Below, piece by piece: positions 39,901 through 48,035 of a stretch of DNA of 64,000 nt (positions within the stretch are counted from its first letter, which is position 1; every line of letters begins with the position of its first letter). The DNA comes from Podarcis vaucheri. Its lineage: Eukaryota. The notes below the pieces were generated by a model. The model was not told where the DNA came from and made no database searches. It worked only from the letters and a program-made list of their open reading frames with translations. The position numbers and the translations under genes are program-made. The DNA is taken from assembly GCA_965113315.1 (NCBI GenBank), contig OZ220367.1. One strand, 5' to 3'.

Positions 39901-42016
39901 GACAACAGGTTAATCACTGTTGATCATCCTGAGCAATGATCAGAGTTAATATATTAATGCACTATATGCACTACATTCTATAACTACTAGATATAGTACA
40001 AAGTTTTGCTGTATAGTATTGTCCACAACCTGCAACAAAGGTCTCCATCAAAATAATCTCAACTATCAAGTAAGCCTTGAGTAGTTTCATTGTGCAAAGA
40101 AAACATACTATTTTAACATTTTGATCTGGCAATCCTAACCATATTCCTGAACTTCCCCAAGTTACAAAGAATGTTTTCACAACTGGGTAACAGTGCTAGC
40201 TATAAATGCTAACAAGTGCTGGGGGGAGGGACACAGTTTGATATGACCTACTAAAAACTTCTTTGTTTCAGCAAGCCTAGCCAGACGTGTAATTTTATTA
40301 TGAATACATTTTTTAGTTCCACTGATTTTACCTGTATTTTTCATAAATATTTCACAGTATTTTGTATTAAACTACTTACAGATATTTCTGTTTATTTTGT
40401 TTATCTGAAATATTTTTATTTTTATTTAACACATTACATATTACCCTTCATCCAACAGATTCCAAGGTGGTGAACAAGTATAATTAATGAATAATTTTAA
40501 TGATTAATAAGACCTTATAATTTACAATTAACATTAACTCTAATATGAGGAAGCAGCTAAAAACATACACCAAGCCTAGGCATTACACAAATTAAAATAC
40601 CTGAGTGAATTTAACCTGGCACACTCTTCAGGGAGCATACTACTTGTAAAATCAAGCTCAGTTCTGAGCAGATCCTTCATCACATGCAACCAAGAATAAA
40701 GATCAACTTTATAATACGGACTGGGCTTGTAAATATTTCTTTACACGCCATCAATTTCTCCTCACTGGTTTAAATGGCAACACAACACATTTCATATATG
40801 CATATGAAGTGCCTGTACGTCAAAATATGTTGTATGACAGGAGTTGGATTGCGACTGTCTGCCACAAAATGCATAGTATGTGTATTTGGTAGGGTATAAT
40901 TTGTGTAGCAGCCTCAGATATCTGCTTTTAAAAAACTGAGTTACAATAGTTAAATCTGAGAGACCAAAAGACCAAAGTTGGATGATAGCAACAAGCTATT
41001 TGCAACTATTTGGTTCAGAAAATTATTCTACCATGAGTTGACACGACAGCAAAAGAGCACTTCTCTGAATGTAAAGTGTTGTTCAAATGTACCATCCATG
41101 AGCACACAGTTGGCTTCCCCTTTGGACAGACTTTACCTTCATAGAATCACGGAATCATTATTACTTTCACTGCATGACAATATTGCAAATTATAGCTCGA
41201 TTTCAAGAACAGTTTATTATATCCCTGATTTGCATTCCTTGCATTTTGCCCTTACTCTGAGTAAAAGTACCATCAATGGTGAAATGTGGGGCCCAGTATG
41301 CAAAAACTAACATTCAAACAGGTTGGGAACCACCAACTTAACCTTTGACTGAGGAAGAACAACTATCACAGAGCAAGGCATAATCTCCTTAGCAAAAGAT
41401 TAAGTATATAACTAGGTCAGTCTTGCTGCACTGTAACATGCCTATACATTCTTAGTAATCATTGCAATGCATTTCATTCAGGCAATAATATCCTAATTAG
41501 ACTGTGAAAAAAACTAGTCCACACCATAGAAGCTGCAGGCAGCACTGACAGTCCTTATCAATGGCAGATTTTGGGTAGAAAAGAAAAATTTTAAGCAGCT
41601 CTAATTAGTGTGCATATGAGTGCAGCTAAAGTTCATGACTAATAAGCAACACTGGATCATACCCCTTACTTAATGCAAGTCTGAGTCTGCAGCTGATCCA
41701 AGTTACAACATTTTTGTTTTTCTATTTCAACACACACCTGTTTCTAATTGCCAACATACCTTGACTGGTTGCCTGCCTACAGGCACCTCATCGATCCTCA
41801 GTGTTTTTACCAAACCCTTTCTATACCCAGCCACTCACCTTTCATTTTGACAGTGGGGGAATTGGGTCCGGCAGATTGCTTCCGCCATCCTCTCCAATTC
41901 TGGCATAAGCTCTCGGCCTCAGAGATGAAGGAACAAAGGGAGTCTTCTTCAAAGCGGTCAGAATCTTCGAACGAAAACCTTTCCCCGTCCTCCCACTCTG
42001 CAAACATGAGTTCCAT
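701..42016 (-). CDS. ZSWIM8: ZSWIM8 (zinc finger SWIM-type containing 8), 5' part; join of 18 coding exons: 42016-41839, 30036-29883, 29301-29207, 28211-28039, 26530-26423, 21678-21597, 21229-21109, 13854-13653, 13348-13173, 12127-11119, 10147-10016, 8644-8465, 8215-8032, 7047-6949, 6680-6556, 5340-5106, 4716-4564, 923-701; continues beyond the left edge
   Basis: Spliced translation starts [55 protein letters not shown] and follows the known vertebrate ZSWIM8 sequence colinearly. All introns are GT-AG and phases join: 3629 nt = 1209 codons + 2 nt. Confidence 0.98.
2020..2343. mobile_element. Non-autonomous hAT element
   Basis: CAGGGATGTCCAA ... CTGGCCACCCCTT imperfect TIR; 8-bp TSD caatatat; internal ~25-bp tandem duplication at ~2221-2270. 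Confidence 0.75.
2690..3130 (+). mobile_element. Degenerate CR1 LINE 3' fragment
   Basis: [12 protein letters not shown]...YEERLK remnant with frameshifts. Confidence 0.8.
4564..4716 (-). CDS. ZSWIM8: ZSWIM8 coding exon 17
   Basis: (D)[50 protein letters not shown](G). Confidence 0.94.
5106..5340 (-). CDS. ZSWIM8: ZSWIM8 coding exon 16
   Basis: [38 protein letters not shown]...FLEKSSQ; G|gtatga. Confidence 0.94.
5650..6300 (+). mobile_element. Degenerate L1/Tx1-type LINE ORF2 C-terminal fragment
   Basis: [13 protein letters not shown]...[18 protein letters not shown] zinc-knuckle motif with in-frame stops; [10 protein letters not shown] motif. Confidence 0.8.
6556..6680 (-). CDS. ZSWIM8: ZSWIM8 coding exon 15
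   Basis: [41 protein letters not shown]; AAA|gtacgt. Confidence 0.95.
6949..7047 (-). CDS. ZSWIM8: ZSWIM8 coding exon 14 (possible alternative acceptor with exon start at 7032)
   Basis: (V)[32 protein letters not shown](G); G|gtgagt. Confidence 0.93.
8032..8215 (-). CDS. ZSWIM8: ZSWIM8 coding exon 13
   Basis: [61 protein letters not shown]. Confidence 0.96.
8465..8644 (-). CDS. ZSWIM8: ZSWIM8 coding exon 12
   Basis: [60 protein letters not shown]. Confidence 0.96.
8978..9225. mobile_element. Tc1/mariner-pogo-type MITE
   Basis: TA|CAGTGGTACCTTGGTTTA ... TAAACCAAGGTACCACTG|TA: TIRs plus TA TSD. Confidence 0.88.
10016..10147 (-). CDS. ZSWIM8: ZSWIM8 coding exon 11
   Basis: [44 protein letters not shown]. 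Confidence 0.95.
11119..12127 (-). CDS. ZSWIM8: ZSWIM8 coding exon 10 (1009 nt, includes the large low-complexity insert)
   Basis: [26 protein letters not shown]...[28 protein letters not shown]...[15 protein letters not shown]; tag|G ... GAG|gtaagg. Confidence 0.97.
12220..12438. mobile_element. Tc1/mariner-pogo-type MITE
   Basis: TA|CAGTGGAACCTCGG ... CCGGAGGTACCACTG|TA. Confidence 0.85.
13173..13348 (-). CDS. ZSWIM8: ZSWIM8 coding exon 9
   Basis: [58 protein letters not shown](R); CG|gtaggt. Confidence 0.95.
13653..13854 (-). CDS. ZSWIM8: ZSWIM8 coding exon 8
   Basis: [67 protein letters not shown]. Confidence 0.96.
14640..18900 (-). mobile_element. Decayed DIRS-type (tyrosine recombinase) retrotransposon remnant; ends approximate
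   Basis: RT remnants [21 protein letters not shown] and RTFTKLL...HPYFSNILI (decayed PYLDDILI, ~17067-17156); RNase H remnant [11 protein letters not shown] (~16515-16560); [10 protein letters not shown] HxxR-like YR remnant (~14950-14990); domain order fits DIRS. Confidence 0.65.
19350..19712 (+). mobile_element. RTE-clade LINE 3' end
   Basis: Near-identical to 47852-48035, which encodes FICPSCNKMCLSRISLYSHSRHC, a C-terminal zinc finger typical of RTE ORFs. Confidence 0.7.
19896..20154. repeat. Local direct duplication, ~115-bp unit x2 (period 143)
   Basis: ggaggatgagttcagagtatcacttg...gtggcctgtttgtttttt repeated with about 2 mismatches. Confidence 0.9.
21109..21229 (-). CDS. ZSWIM8: ZSWIM8 coding exon 7
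   Basis: [39 protein letters not shown](S); aag|AT ... AG|gtaaat. Confidence 0.95.
21597..21678 (-). CDS. ZSWIM8: ZSWIM8 coding exon 6
   Basis: [27 protein letters not shown](D); cag|ATC ... G|gtaact. Confidence 0.95.
22643..23602. mobile_element. Non-autonomous hAT transposon (~960 bp) with an internal CR1 tail fragment
   Basis: TIR CAGTGGTGGCGAACCT ... AGGTTTGCCATCACTG; 8-bp TSD ctctatag / ctctatgg. Confidence 0.88.
25692..25958 (-). mobile_element. tRNA-derived CORE-type SINE (Squam3-like) with (TTC)n tail
   Basis: Reverse complement AGCCAGTGTGGTGTAGTGGTTAAGAGCG head, CORE-like GTGACCTTGGGCCAGTCAC, (GAA)10 tail on the plus strand. Confidence 0.8.
26423..26530 (-). CDS. ZSWIM8: ZSWIM8 coding exon 5
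   Basis: [36 protein letters not shown]; tag|GCA ... CAG|gtatga. Confidence 0.95.
28039..28211 (-). CDS. ZSWIM8: ZSWIM8 coding exon 4 (SWIM zinc finger)
   Basis: [57 protein letters not shown] contains the CxC...CxH SWIM motif. Confidence 0.97.
29207..29301 (-). CDS. ZSWIM8: ZSWIM8 coding exon 3
   Basis: [31 protein letters not shown](G); tag|G ... G|gtattt. Confidence 0.95.
29883..30036 (-). CDS. ZSWIM8: ZSWIM8 coding exon 2 (BC-box/cullin-box region)
   Basis: (D)[50 protein letters not shown](R); tag|AT ... AG|gtaatg. Confidence 0.96.
30105..30511 (+). mobile_element. CR1 LINE 3' end, 5'-truncated and young
   Basis: Open ORF2 C-terminus [31 protein letters not shown]...[19 protein letters not shown]; (ATTCTATG)n tail. 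Confidence 0.93.
34969..35064. repeat. 48-bp tandem duplication
   Basis: cttaaaaacaggtagaaatag(a/c)cttccattactgttctctattcagaa x2. Confidence 0.9.
35200..35533 (+). mobile_element. Sauria SINE (Squam1-type), 5' end slightly degraded
   Basis: B-box-like TTCGAATCCC, body near-identical to five other copies in the window, ACCTTT tail. Confidence 0.9.
35639..35775. mobile_element. Palindromic hAT MITE
   Basis: CAGGCATA...TATGCCTG foldback along most of its length; 8-bp TSD ctcaaagc on both sides. Confidence 0.9.
41839..42016 (-). CDS. ZSWIM8: ZSWIM8 coding exon 1 (ATG at 42016; the exon probably extends 5' to an acceptor at 42139)
   Basis: [14 protein letters not shown]...PNSPTVKMK, donor G|gtgagt; upstream pyrimidine tract ending cacctag|cctcc. 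Confidence 0.96.
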
Positions 42017-42479
42017 CACATCCAAAAAAACAGGGAAAGGGAAAAAGCAGGCCTTCTCTCTCAGAGAGGTGCAGCGACAGGACTCCAGGACAACCTGTAT
42101 TAGTACTTCAAGTTCAATTTGCTCATTTGTCTCCGGAGGCTAGGTGGGTGGGGGAAGGAGCAACACCAGCAAAAAAAAACCCAAGCAACTACAACGACAG
42201 AAGAAACTAAATTTTTGACCGTATACACTCAACTTTAAAAAAACAAAACCCAAAAACACACCCACAGCTGCAACGTCTTCACAACTCCGCTTCCTCAAAA
42301 GAAAGAACCGGGAAAGTGCACCCGCAAACCGCTCCTTGGCTTGGCTGGCATGTGGACACCTGTATTTAGCAAAGACGCGGGAGAGGCTGAAATAAGCGAG
42401 GTTTTCAACCCCCCCAAAAAAGCAGGAAAAAGGGGAGGGATATAAAAAATAAAAACCCCACCCAGAGGAAACTGCATGC

Positions 42480-43540
42480 AAACAGGGGGCTCACCGAGGC
42501 CCGTCTATAAGCCACCAGCGTTTGGCAAGGGAACTTGGGGTGTCAGGCGAGTGCACATGTGCAAAACCATGCACCCCGAAGTTTTGACACCCCCCCCCAA
42601 AAAAAAACAACCCGCAAACGAGACGAGGCCCCTCGCAGGACGCCTCTCAGCTGGAGCGGCGGGGAGGGGAGAGAGGTGGGGGCAGGAAGGCTGTTGCTCC
42701 GCCAGAGAGTGTGACAGAAAGGGGTCGAGTAAGGAGAGGGGCAACTGTGGGGTTGAGAGACAGGAGATATGGGGGGGGCGGGGAGGCCCGGCAAAGAGGG
42801 AGGCTGCGGCGCCCCCCACCGCGGGCTTGAGGGGGAAGCGGACGGAGCTGCCTCAGGCGGCGGCGAGGGAAGCAGCTGAAGCGGCCCTCGGACGGGTTCG
42901 GGAGGGGGGGTTGTCTCGTCCGTCGTCCGGGCCCAGCGAATGGAATCCCTCTCACGGGGGCGCCATGGCGGCGGCGGGCCCCTCCTGGAGCGGGGCGAAG
43001 GCGGCGGCGGAGCGAAGGGAGGAAGAAGGGGCGGCTCCGCGAAGCGAAGTAAGGGGTAGGTAGGTTAACCCGGGCCTTGGCCTGGCGCGCCGACGCCTCC
43101 CTCTCAGCCGTCCGCTGGGCGAGCGCTAAAATGGCCCCCCTTGCTCGCACGCGCGCGCACGCGAGGCCACCCCCCCCCTCCCCGCACGGCCACGGGCGAG
43201 CGCGCGCGCCGCCCTCCCTCACAGCCACCACAGCGAAGCGGCCCTTTAGGCTCCTCCTCCTCCTCCTCCTCACTCCCTCCCGCCTCCTTATCGCCCAGCT
43301 GAACTTCGCTTCCGGTCGCGCCGCTTCCGGCTTCCTCCGCGACCGCCCGCAGAGATAGGGAGGAGGAAAAGACGATACCACGAACCCGCCATAGAGATGC
43401 GAATAGTAGAGACGCCCGTGAGTGTCGCCTTGTAAAAACGGAAGCTTCCGGGCTCCTTTAGGTATCCGCGCAGGGTTACCTGGGGTCACGGCTGCGGAAC
43501 ACGCGTTGGGCGCGCGTTCGGAGCGCTGTGGTTTTGCGTA
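42480..43540 (-). promoter_or_regulatory. CpG-island promoter and probable non-coding first exon of ZSWIM8
   Basis: Dense CpG/GC island in an otherwise CpG-poor region; tandem ETS-type CCGGAAG motifs (~43309-43330 and ~43440-43450), YY1-type AAAATGGC (~43128-43135), GCGC-rich NRF1-like tract (~43145-43163); candidate donors CCC|gtgaga (42955) and TCG|gtgagc (42494). Confidence 0.8.
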
Positions 43541-43659
43541 GGGTCATGGATGATCTGTATTGCTGCATTGCAGGGGGTTGTTGTTGTTATCATTATTATT
43601 TATCATTTGCTAGAAGCTACTCAGAGTGTCTGGGGCGACCCTGTCAGATAGGCAGCATA

Positions 43660-43700
43660 TTAATAATAATAATAATAACAACAACAACAACAACAACAAC
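43660..43700. repeat. Compound (TAA)n(CAA)n microsatellite
   Basis: Seen directly. Confidence 0.9.
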
Positions 43701-43911
43701 TATTTCTATTATTCTATTTGTCTACTGCTCTTCATCCAAAGATCACAGGGCTGTCTGCAACATAAAATTACAAAACAAAATCACAGAATATGTAATAAAA
43801 CAAAAACAACACCCCCCCTCAAGCAAACACACAAGGGAATGTTAATCATCCCAAAGCCTCGTTGAAGAGAGATGATTTTGCCTGGTGCCTAAAGATATGT
43901 AAGGAAGGGCC

Positions 43912-44080
43912 AGAGGGTTGGACTAGATGACCCCAGGGTGCCTTCCAACTTTGGATTCTACGATTCTATGTCAGCTGTGGGAATTGCAGCTCTGTGTGTG
44001 AGGATCATAGAATTGTAGAGTTGGATGGGACCACAGGGGTCATCTAATCCAAACCCCCACCCCCCAAAATGCAGGAATCT
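43912..44080. mobile_element. Two short CR1 3' tails in inverted orientation
   Basis: gggttggactagatgacc...ttccaact...gattctatg on plus, followed by catagaattgtagagttggatgggacc...catctaatccaaacc (minus copy). Confidence 0.65.
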
Positions 44081-44999
44081 TTTGACCAAGAACGTGCTTT
44101 GAATGTGCTTCAGCTCTCATTGAACTCACTGAATGTTGGACTTGCTTCTGAGCAGGCAGGCATGGATTGTACTGTACTGCCAGACCCTGCCAGGTGGTGG
44201 AAGTGAGGAGCAGCCTATAGAAAACATTGGAGAAATCCAGAACTTCAGTGTAGCCTGAGCCAGCCCACAGATGAGGCAGGAAGAAGCAGCTGCCTCAGAT
44301 AGCAGAAACACAAGAGGAGGCGTCCCACCTGCCCTACCAGTGGCAGAGACCACTTTGCCACTGGTCTCCACCCACCCCTGCAGGCATAGGGATCCAGCGC
44401 CAAAGCTCTCCAGAATGTCCCCCTCTGGCCAGGTTCCATTGGGTGCACTTGTGGAGTTTGCAACCCACCATGCCCAGCAGCAAGGCTTTGCAGTGGCTAT
44501 TTGTTGAAGGGAAGCTCTTGCAGAGCTTCAAACTCCCCAGCTACATTGTGTGGGGTGGCAGCAGGATGTATTGCCTCGGGCGGAAAAATGTTTTGGGCCA
44601 CCCTTGAGCACAGCTGGGATAAGGCAGCTGTCTGGGCTCCTCTTCCACAACAAAAGGTAGCAGCTAATACTAATTTGAAACTTCTTTCATTTTTAGGTGA
44701 ATATTTTTGGAAGGGAATTTTATTTTTAGTTTTGACTTATTTTTACACTTTCTGCCTGACTACTGCTCCATGTGGCTAACAGGCAGCAAAGCAAAACAAA
44801 CAGGTGGATCCTGTGTTTTCCCTCCAGGAGAAAGCAAAAACACTCTGAATACTGGGGTCCACACTGACTGCTTGAAAGTGTAATGTGTTAGGCAAAGAAG
44901 AAGGAATTAAAGTACCTGACAAAGCCCTGCAATCTGTTTACTTGCTCATTAGGTGGCATGGGAAGTTAAGCAGTCCCTATCCCTTTAGGGACTAGGAAA

Positions 45000-45355
45000 G
45001 GGACATTGGTCGTGCTGTGGGTTAAACCATAGAGCCTAGGACTTGCCGATCAGAAGGTTGGCGGTTTGAATCCCCGCAATGGGGTGAGCTCCTGTTGTTT
45101 GGTCCCTGTTCCTGCCAAGCTAGTAGTTCGAAAGCATGTCAAAGTCCAAGTAGACAAATAGGTACTTCTCCGGTGGAAAGGTAAACGGCATTTCCGTGTG
45201 CTGCTCTGATTTGCCAGAAGCGGTTTAGTCATGCTGGCCACATGACCTGGAAGCTGTCTGCGGACAAATGCTGGCTCCCTCGGCCAATAAAGCGAGATGA
45301 GCGCCGCAACCCCAGAGTCGGTCACGACTGGACCTAATGGTCAGGGGTCCCTTTA
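45000..45355 (+). mobile_element. Sauria SINE, full length, 14-bp TSD
   Basis: GGGAC...GTGGGTTAAACC head, CCCTTTAC tail; TSD cctatccctttagg at 44976-44989 and 45356-45369. Confidence 0.92.
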
Positions 45356-45967
45356 CCTATCCCTTTAGGTAAGGGTGTACTCTTATGACAGAACCTCCAT
45401 CAATCTGTATCCTTTACCAAAATGGCCACTGCATCTTGGGGCTTTCCCAAATAAGGTTATTGGATGGTCCAGATGTCACTGGAAGCATCAGTAGTTTTGT
45501 CAGGTTTGTGGCAGCAAGTCCAGTGTAGAGTTGTTCAAGTGAGATCATCAATGGTTTGACAATTATGTAAATATTGTTAAAGATCTGGGGGGATATCCTC
45601 CTAAAAATGAATAAATACAAGGATTTTTATTAATTGGGATATGGATTAAAACACAAACTGCAGAGCTTGCTAGACAGAGGATTCCTGGGCTGGTTATGCA
45701 AACTAACCTGGCAGAGCTATGCTATCAAGAAAACAAGAGAGGGTCATTAACAATATAAGGGAACTCCTTCCCCCTTGCCCCAGATATGACCAGAGACTGG
45801 GGATTGGGGAGGTTGCCAGGGTAACTGCTCTGGGGGAGAGCAAAGGGTTTTCTGGGAAGGAGGAGGAAGACAAAGCTGAGATCCATCTTTGGGGGAGGCT
45901 GGCTGCAGGCAGGCTGTAAATAGGTGTAAATAGGTGAATTACGGTAAGATGTCGTAGAAAGGCAATA

Positions 45968-46209
45968 CAGTGGTACCTCGGGTTACAGATGCTTCAGGTT
46001 ACAGATGCTTCAGGTTACAGACTCTGCTAACCCAAAAATAGTACCTCTGGTTAAGAACTTTACCTCAGGATGAGAACAGAAATCGCATGTCAGTGGTGCA
46101 GCGGCAGCTGGAGGCCGCATTAGCTAAAGTGGTACCTCAGGTTAAGAACAGTTTCAGGTTAAGAACGGACCTCCAGAACAAATTAAGTTCTTAACCCGAG
46201 GTACCACCG
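45968..46209. mobile_element. Tc1/mariner-pogo-type MITE
   Basis: TA|CAGTGGTACCTCGGGTTA ... TAACCCGAGGTACCACCG|TA. Confidence 0.88.
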
Positions 46210-46249
46210 TATTCAGCAGCCCATTGTGCTGTGATCTGAAGACAGCTCA

Positions 46250-46617
46250 TGTAGTCACTAACACCACAACTACCGGTATATTGGTACAAAAGTCAGATGG
46301 GGTCCCAGGCCCCCACACAGGGTCTGTGTCCCTTTGGAGAATAGAAGAAGATGCAGTGGAGACCGTCATGGCTTTAAGAAATATGGTTTATTTTTCTTCA
46401 AACAATGTTGGATGCTTTCCTTACAGCCTTCTATTGGATCCAAGCAGGATTCCCAAACAGAGTAGATAACAGAGATTCAGTAACTAGACCTTTAGTTCTT
46501 CGGTATTCAGAATTTTATCTCTCCCCCCCCCCCCCCCCGTGAATAGATTGTCTGAAAAGCACATTCTAGGCTGTGAGGAAGAGATGATAGTAATTAACAC
46601 TGGCAGCTGTAATTACA
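46250..46617 (-). mobile_element. Probable solo LTR
   Basis: TGTA...TACA ends, near-TSD gctca / cctca, AATAAA on the minus strand at ~46388. Confidence 0.55.
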
Positions 46618-47152
46618 CCTCATGCTAATAACACAGAACAGACAATTTGATAATTACTGTGCCTTGTCTTTTATAGTGCTGCAGGAGGGATAGTGTGTTG
46701 ACTTTAATTGAATAAAAGGGGACGGTTTGTGGATGATGTAAGCAAACAGTGCTATGTTGTTTTGCACTAGCTAAAATTTTAATCAAAAGATACATTGCTG
46801 TACCATTAATCAACATATGTGCTAGTTTCTGAAAACTGGTCATGCTATCAACGGATTCCCAGTGATGAGAGTGAGAGAAGTAGTCTTCTTCCCACTTGAG
46901 AGGTGCTTTGCATATGAGACTTGAGAGCAACTTTATTTTCATTTCCTTTTATAAATCCAATGATAAAAATAAAAATCTCACATTTATTAGAATATAAGAG
47001 CGGAAGTTCAGATTAAAAGGATGGGTGTGGCCATCTAACACACATCTGAAAGCCTTTCCCTTGATTAGGCAAGACAGCCACATGTTCTAGTTTGGAAAGC
47101 TCTGAAGTTAATAAATACCAATAAGGGTCCCAGTTTAACTAGGACTATACAC

Positions 47153-47283
47153 CAGGCTTCCTTGACCGTGGCCCTCCAGATGTTTTTGAGACTACAATTC
47201 CCATCATCCCTGACCACTGGTCCTGCTAGCTAGGGATCATGGGAGTTGTAGACCAAAAACATCTGGAGGGCCGTGGAAGCCTG
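47153..47283. mobile_element. Palindromic hAT MITE
   Basis: CAGGCTTCC...GGAAGCCTG; 8-bp TSD ctatacac on both sides. Confidence 0.9.
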
Positions 47284-47335
47284 CTATACACCATAGACAT
47301 CTTACCATGATTTTATAAAGCTGTTAATTCTGAGT

Positions 47336-47629
47336 TGTGGTGAAAAATTCCGTGACAATGCTGACCAGGGTGGATTTCCTTTGAATGAGAAAGAACTGCA
47401 GACATACACTCTTCTTCTTCTTTGTAATATTTAGTTTATTTACAAATATACAAGTAAACCTAAGTGGAGTCAAAAACCCACGCCAACAAGGCAGCAAATG
47501 TACTTCCCCATATCTGTTCTGCAGAGAGCTACCCCTTGGAGCCAACTCAAATCTTTCTCTTTGTTTCTTCCAAAACTGCCACCTCCACCACTCCCTCTCT
47601 CCCAGGCTCAGGGGAAACTCAGTCAAACA
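47336..47629 (-). mobile_element. Probable solo LTR
   Basis: TGT...ACA ends, near-TSD ctgagt / cagagt, AATAAA on the minus strand at 47435-47440. Confidence 0.5.
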
Positions 47630-47851
47630 CAGAGTCCCAACTATCTCCTAATCATTTCTAATTAATGGCACAAATTTGTATCTGAAACTTGAACCACGAT
47701 GGGTTCCTGACAAATAAAAATGCACAATAAAACAACCAATAAAATAAATAATAATAACAAAACAGCAGAACGGTAAAACCATATATTAAAACCAGAGCAA
47801 GGTAAAATCCAAATTATTTTCTTAAAACAGTATCTTAAAAGGGAAGAGCAC

Positions 47852-48035
47852 AGAAAGAAGAAACACCATAGTACACGTGCATCAGCACAACTGGACGCCT
47901 TCATCTGCCCCAGCTGCAACAAAATGTGTCTCTCCCGTATCAGTCTCTACAGCCACAGCAGGCACTGTAATTCTCCAACGGTTTTGATGTCATCCCCAAA
48001 GGTATACTCCTCCATTGTCTCCCAAGACGCCAACA
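47852..48035 (+). mobile_element. RTE-clade LINE 3' end
   Basis: FICPSCNKMCLSRISLYSHSRHC; second copy at ~19530-19712. Confidence 0.7.

Noticed and set aside
42476-43489. Long ORFs (195 aa on plus, 280 aa on minus) in the CpG island
   Set aside because: Arg/Pro/Gly/Ala-rich, stop-poor frames expected from high GC; no recognisable protein; they overlap the ZSWIM8 promoter.
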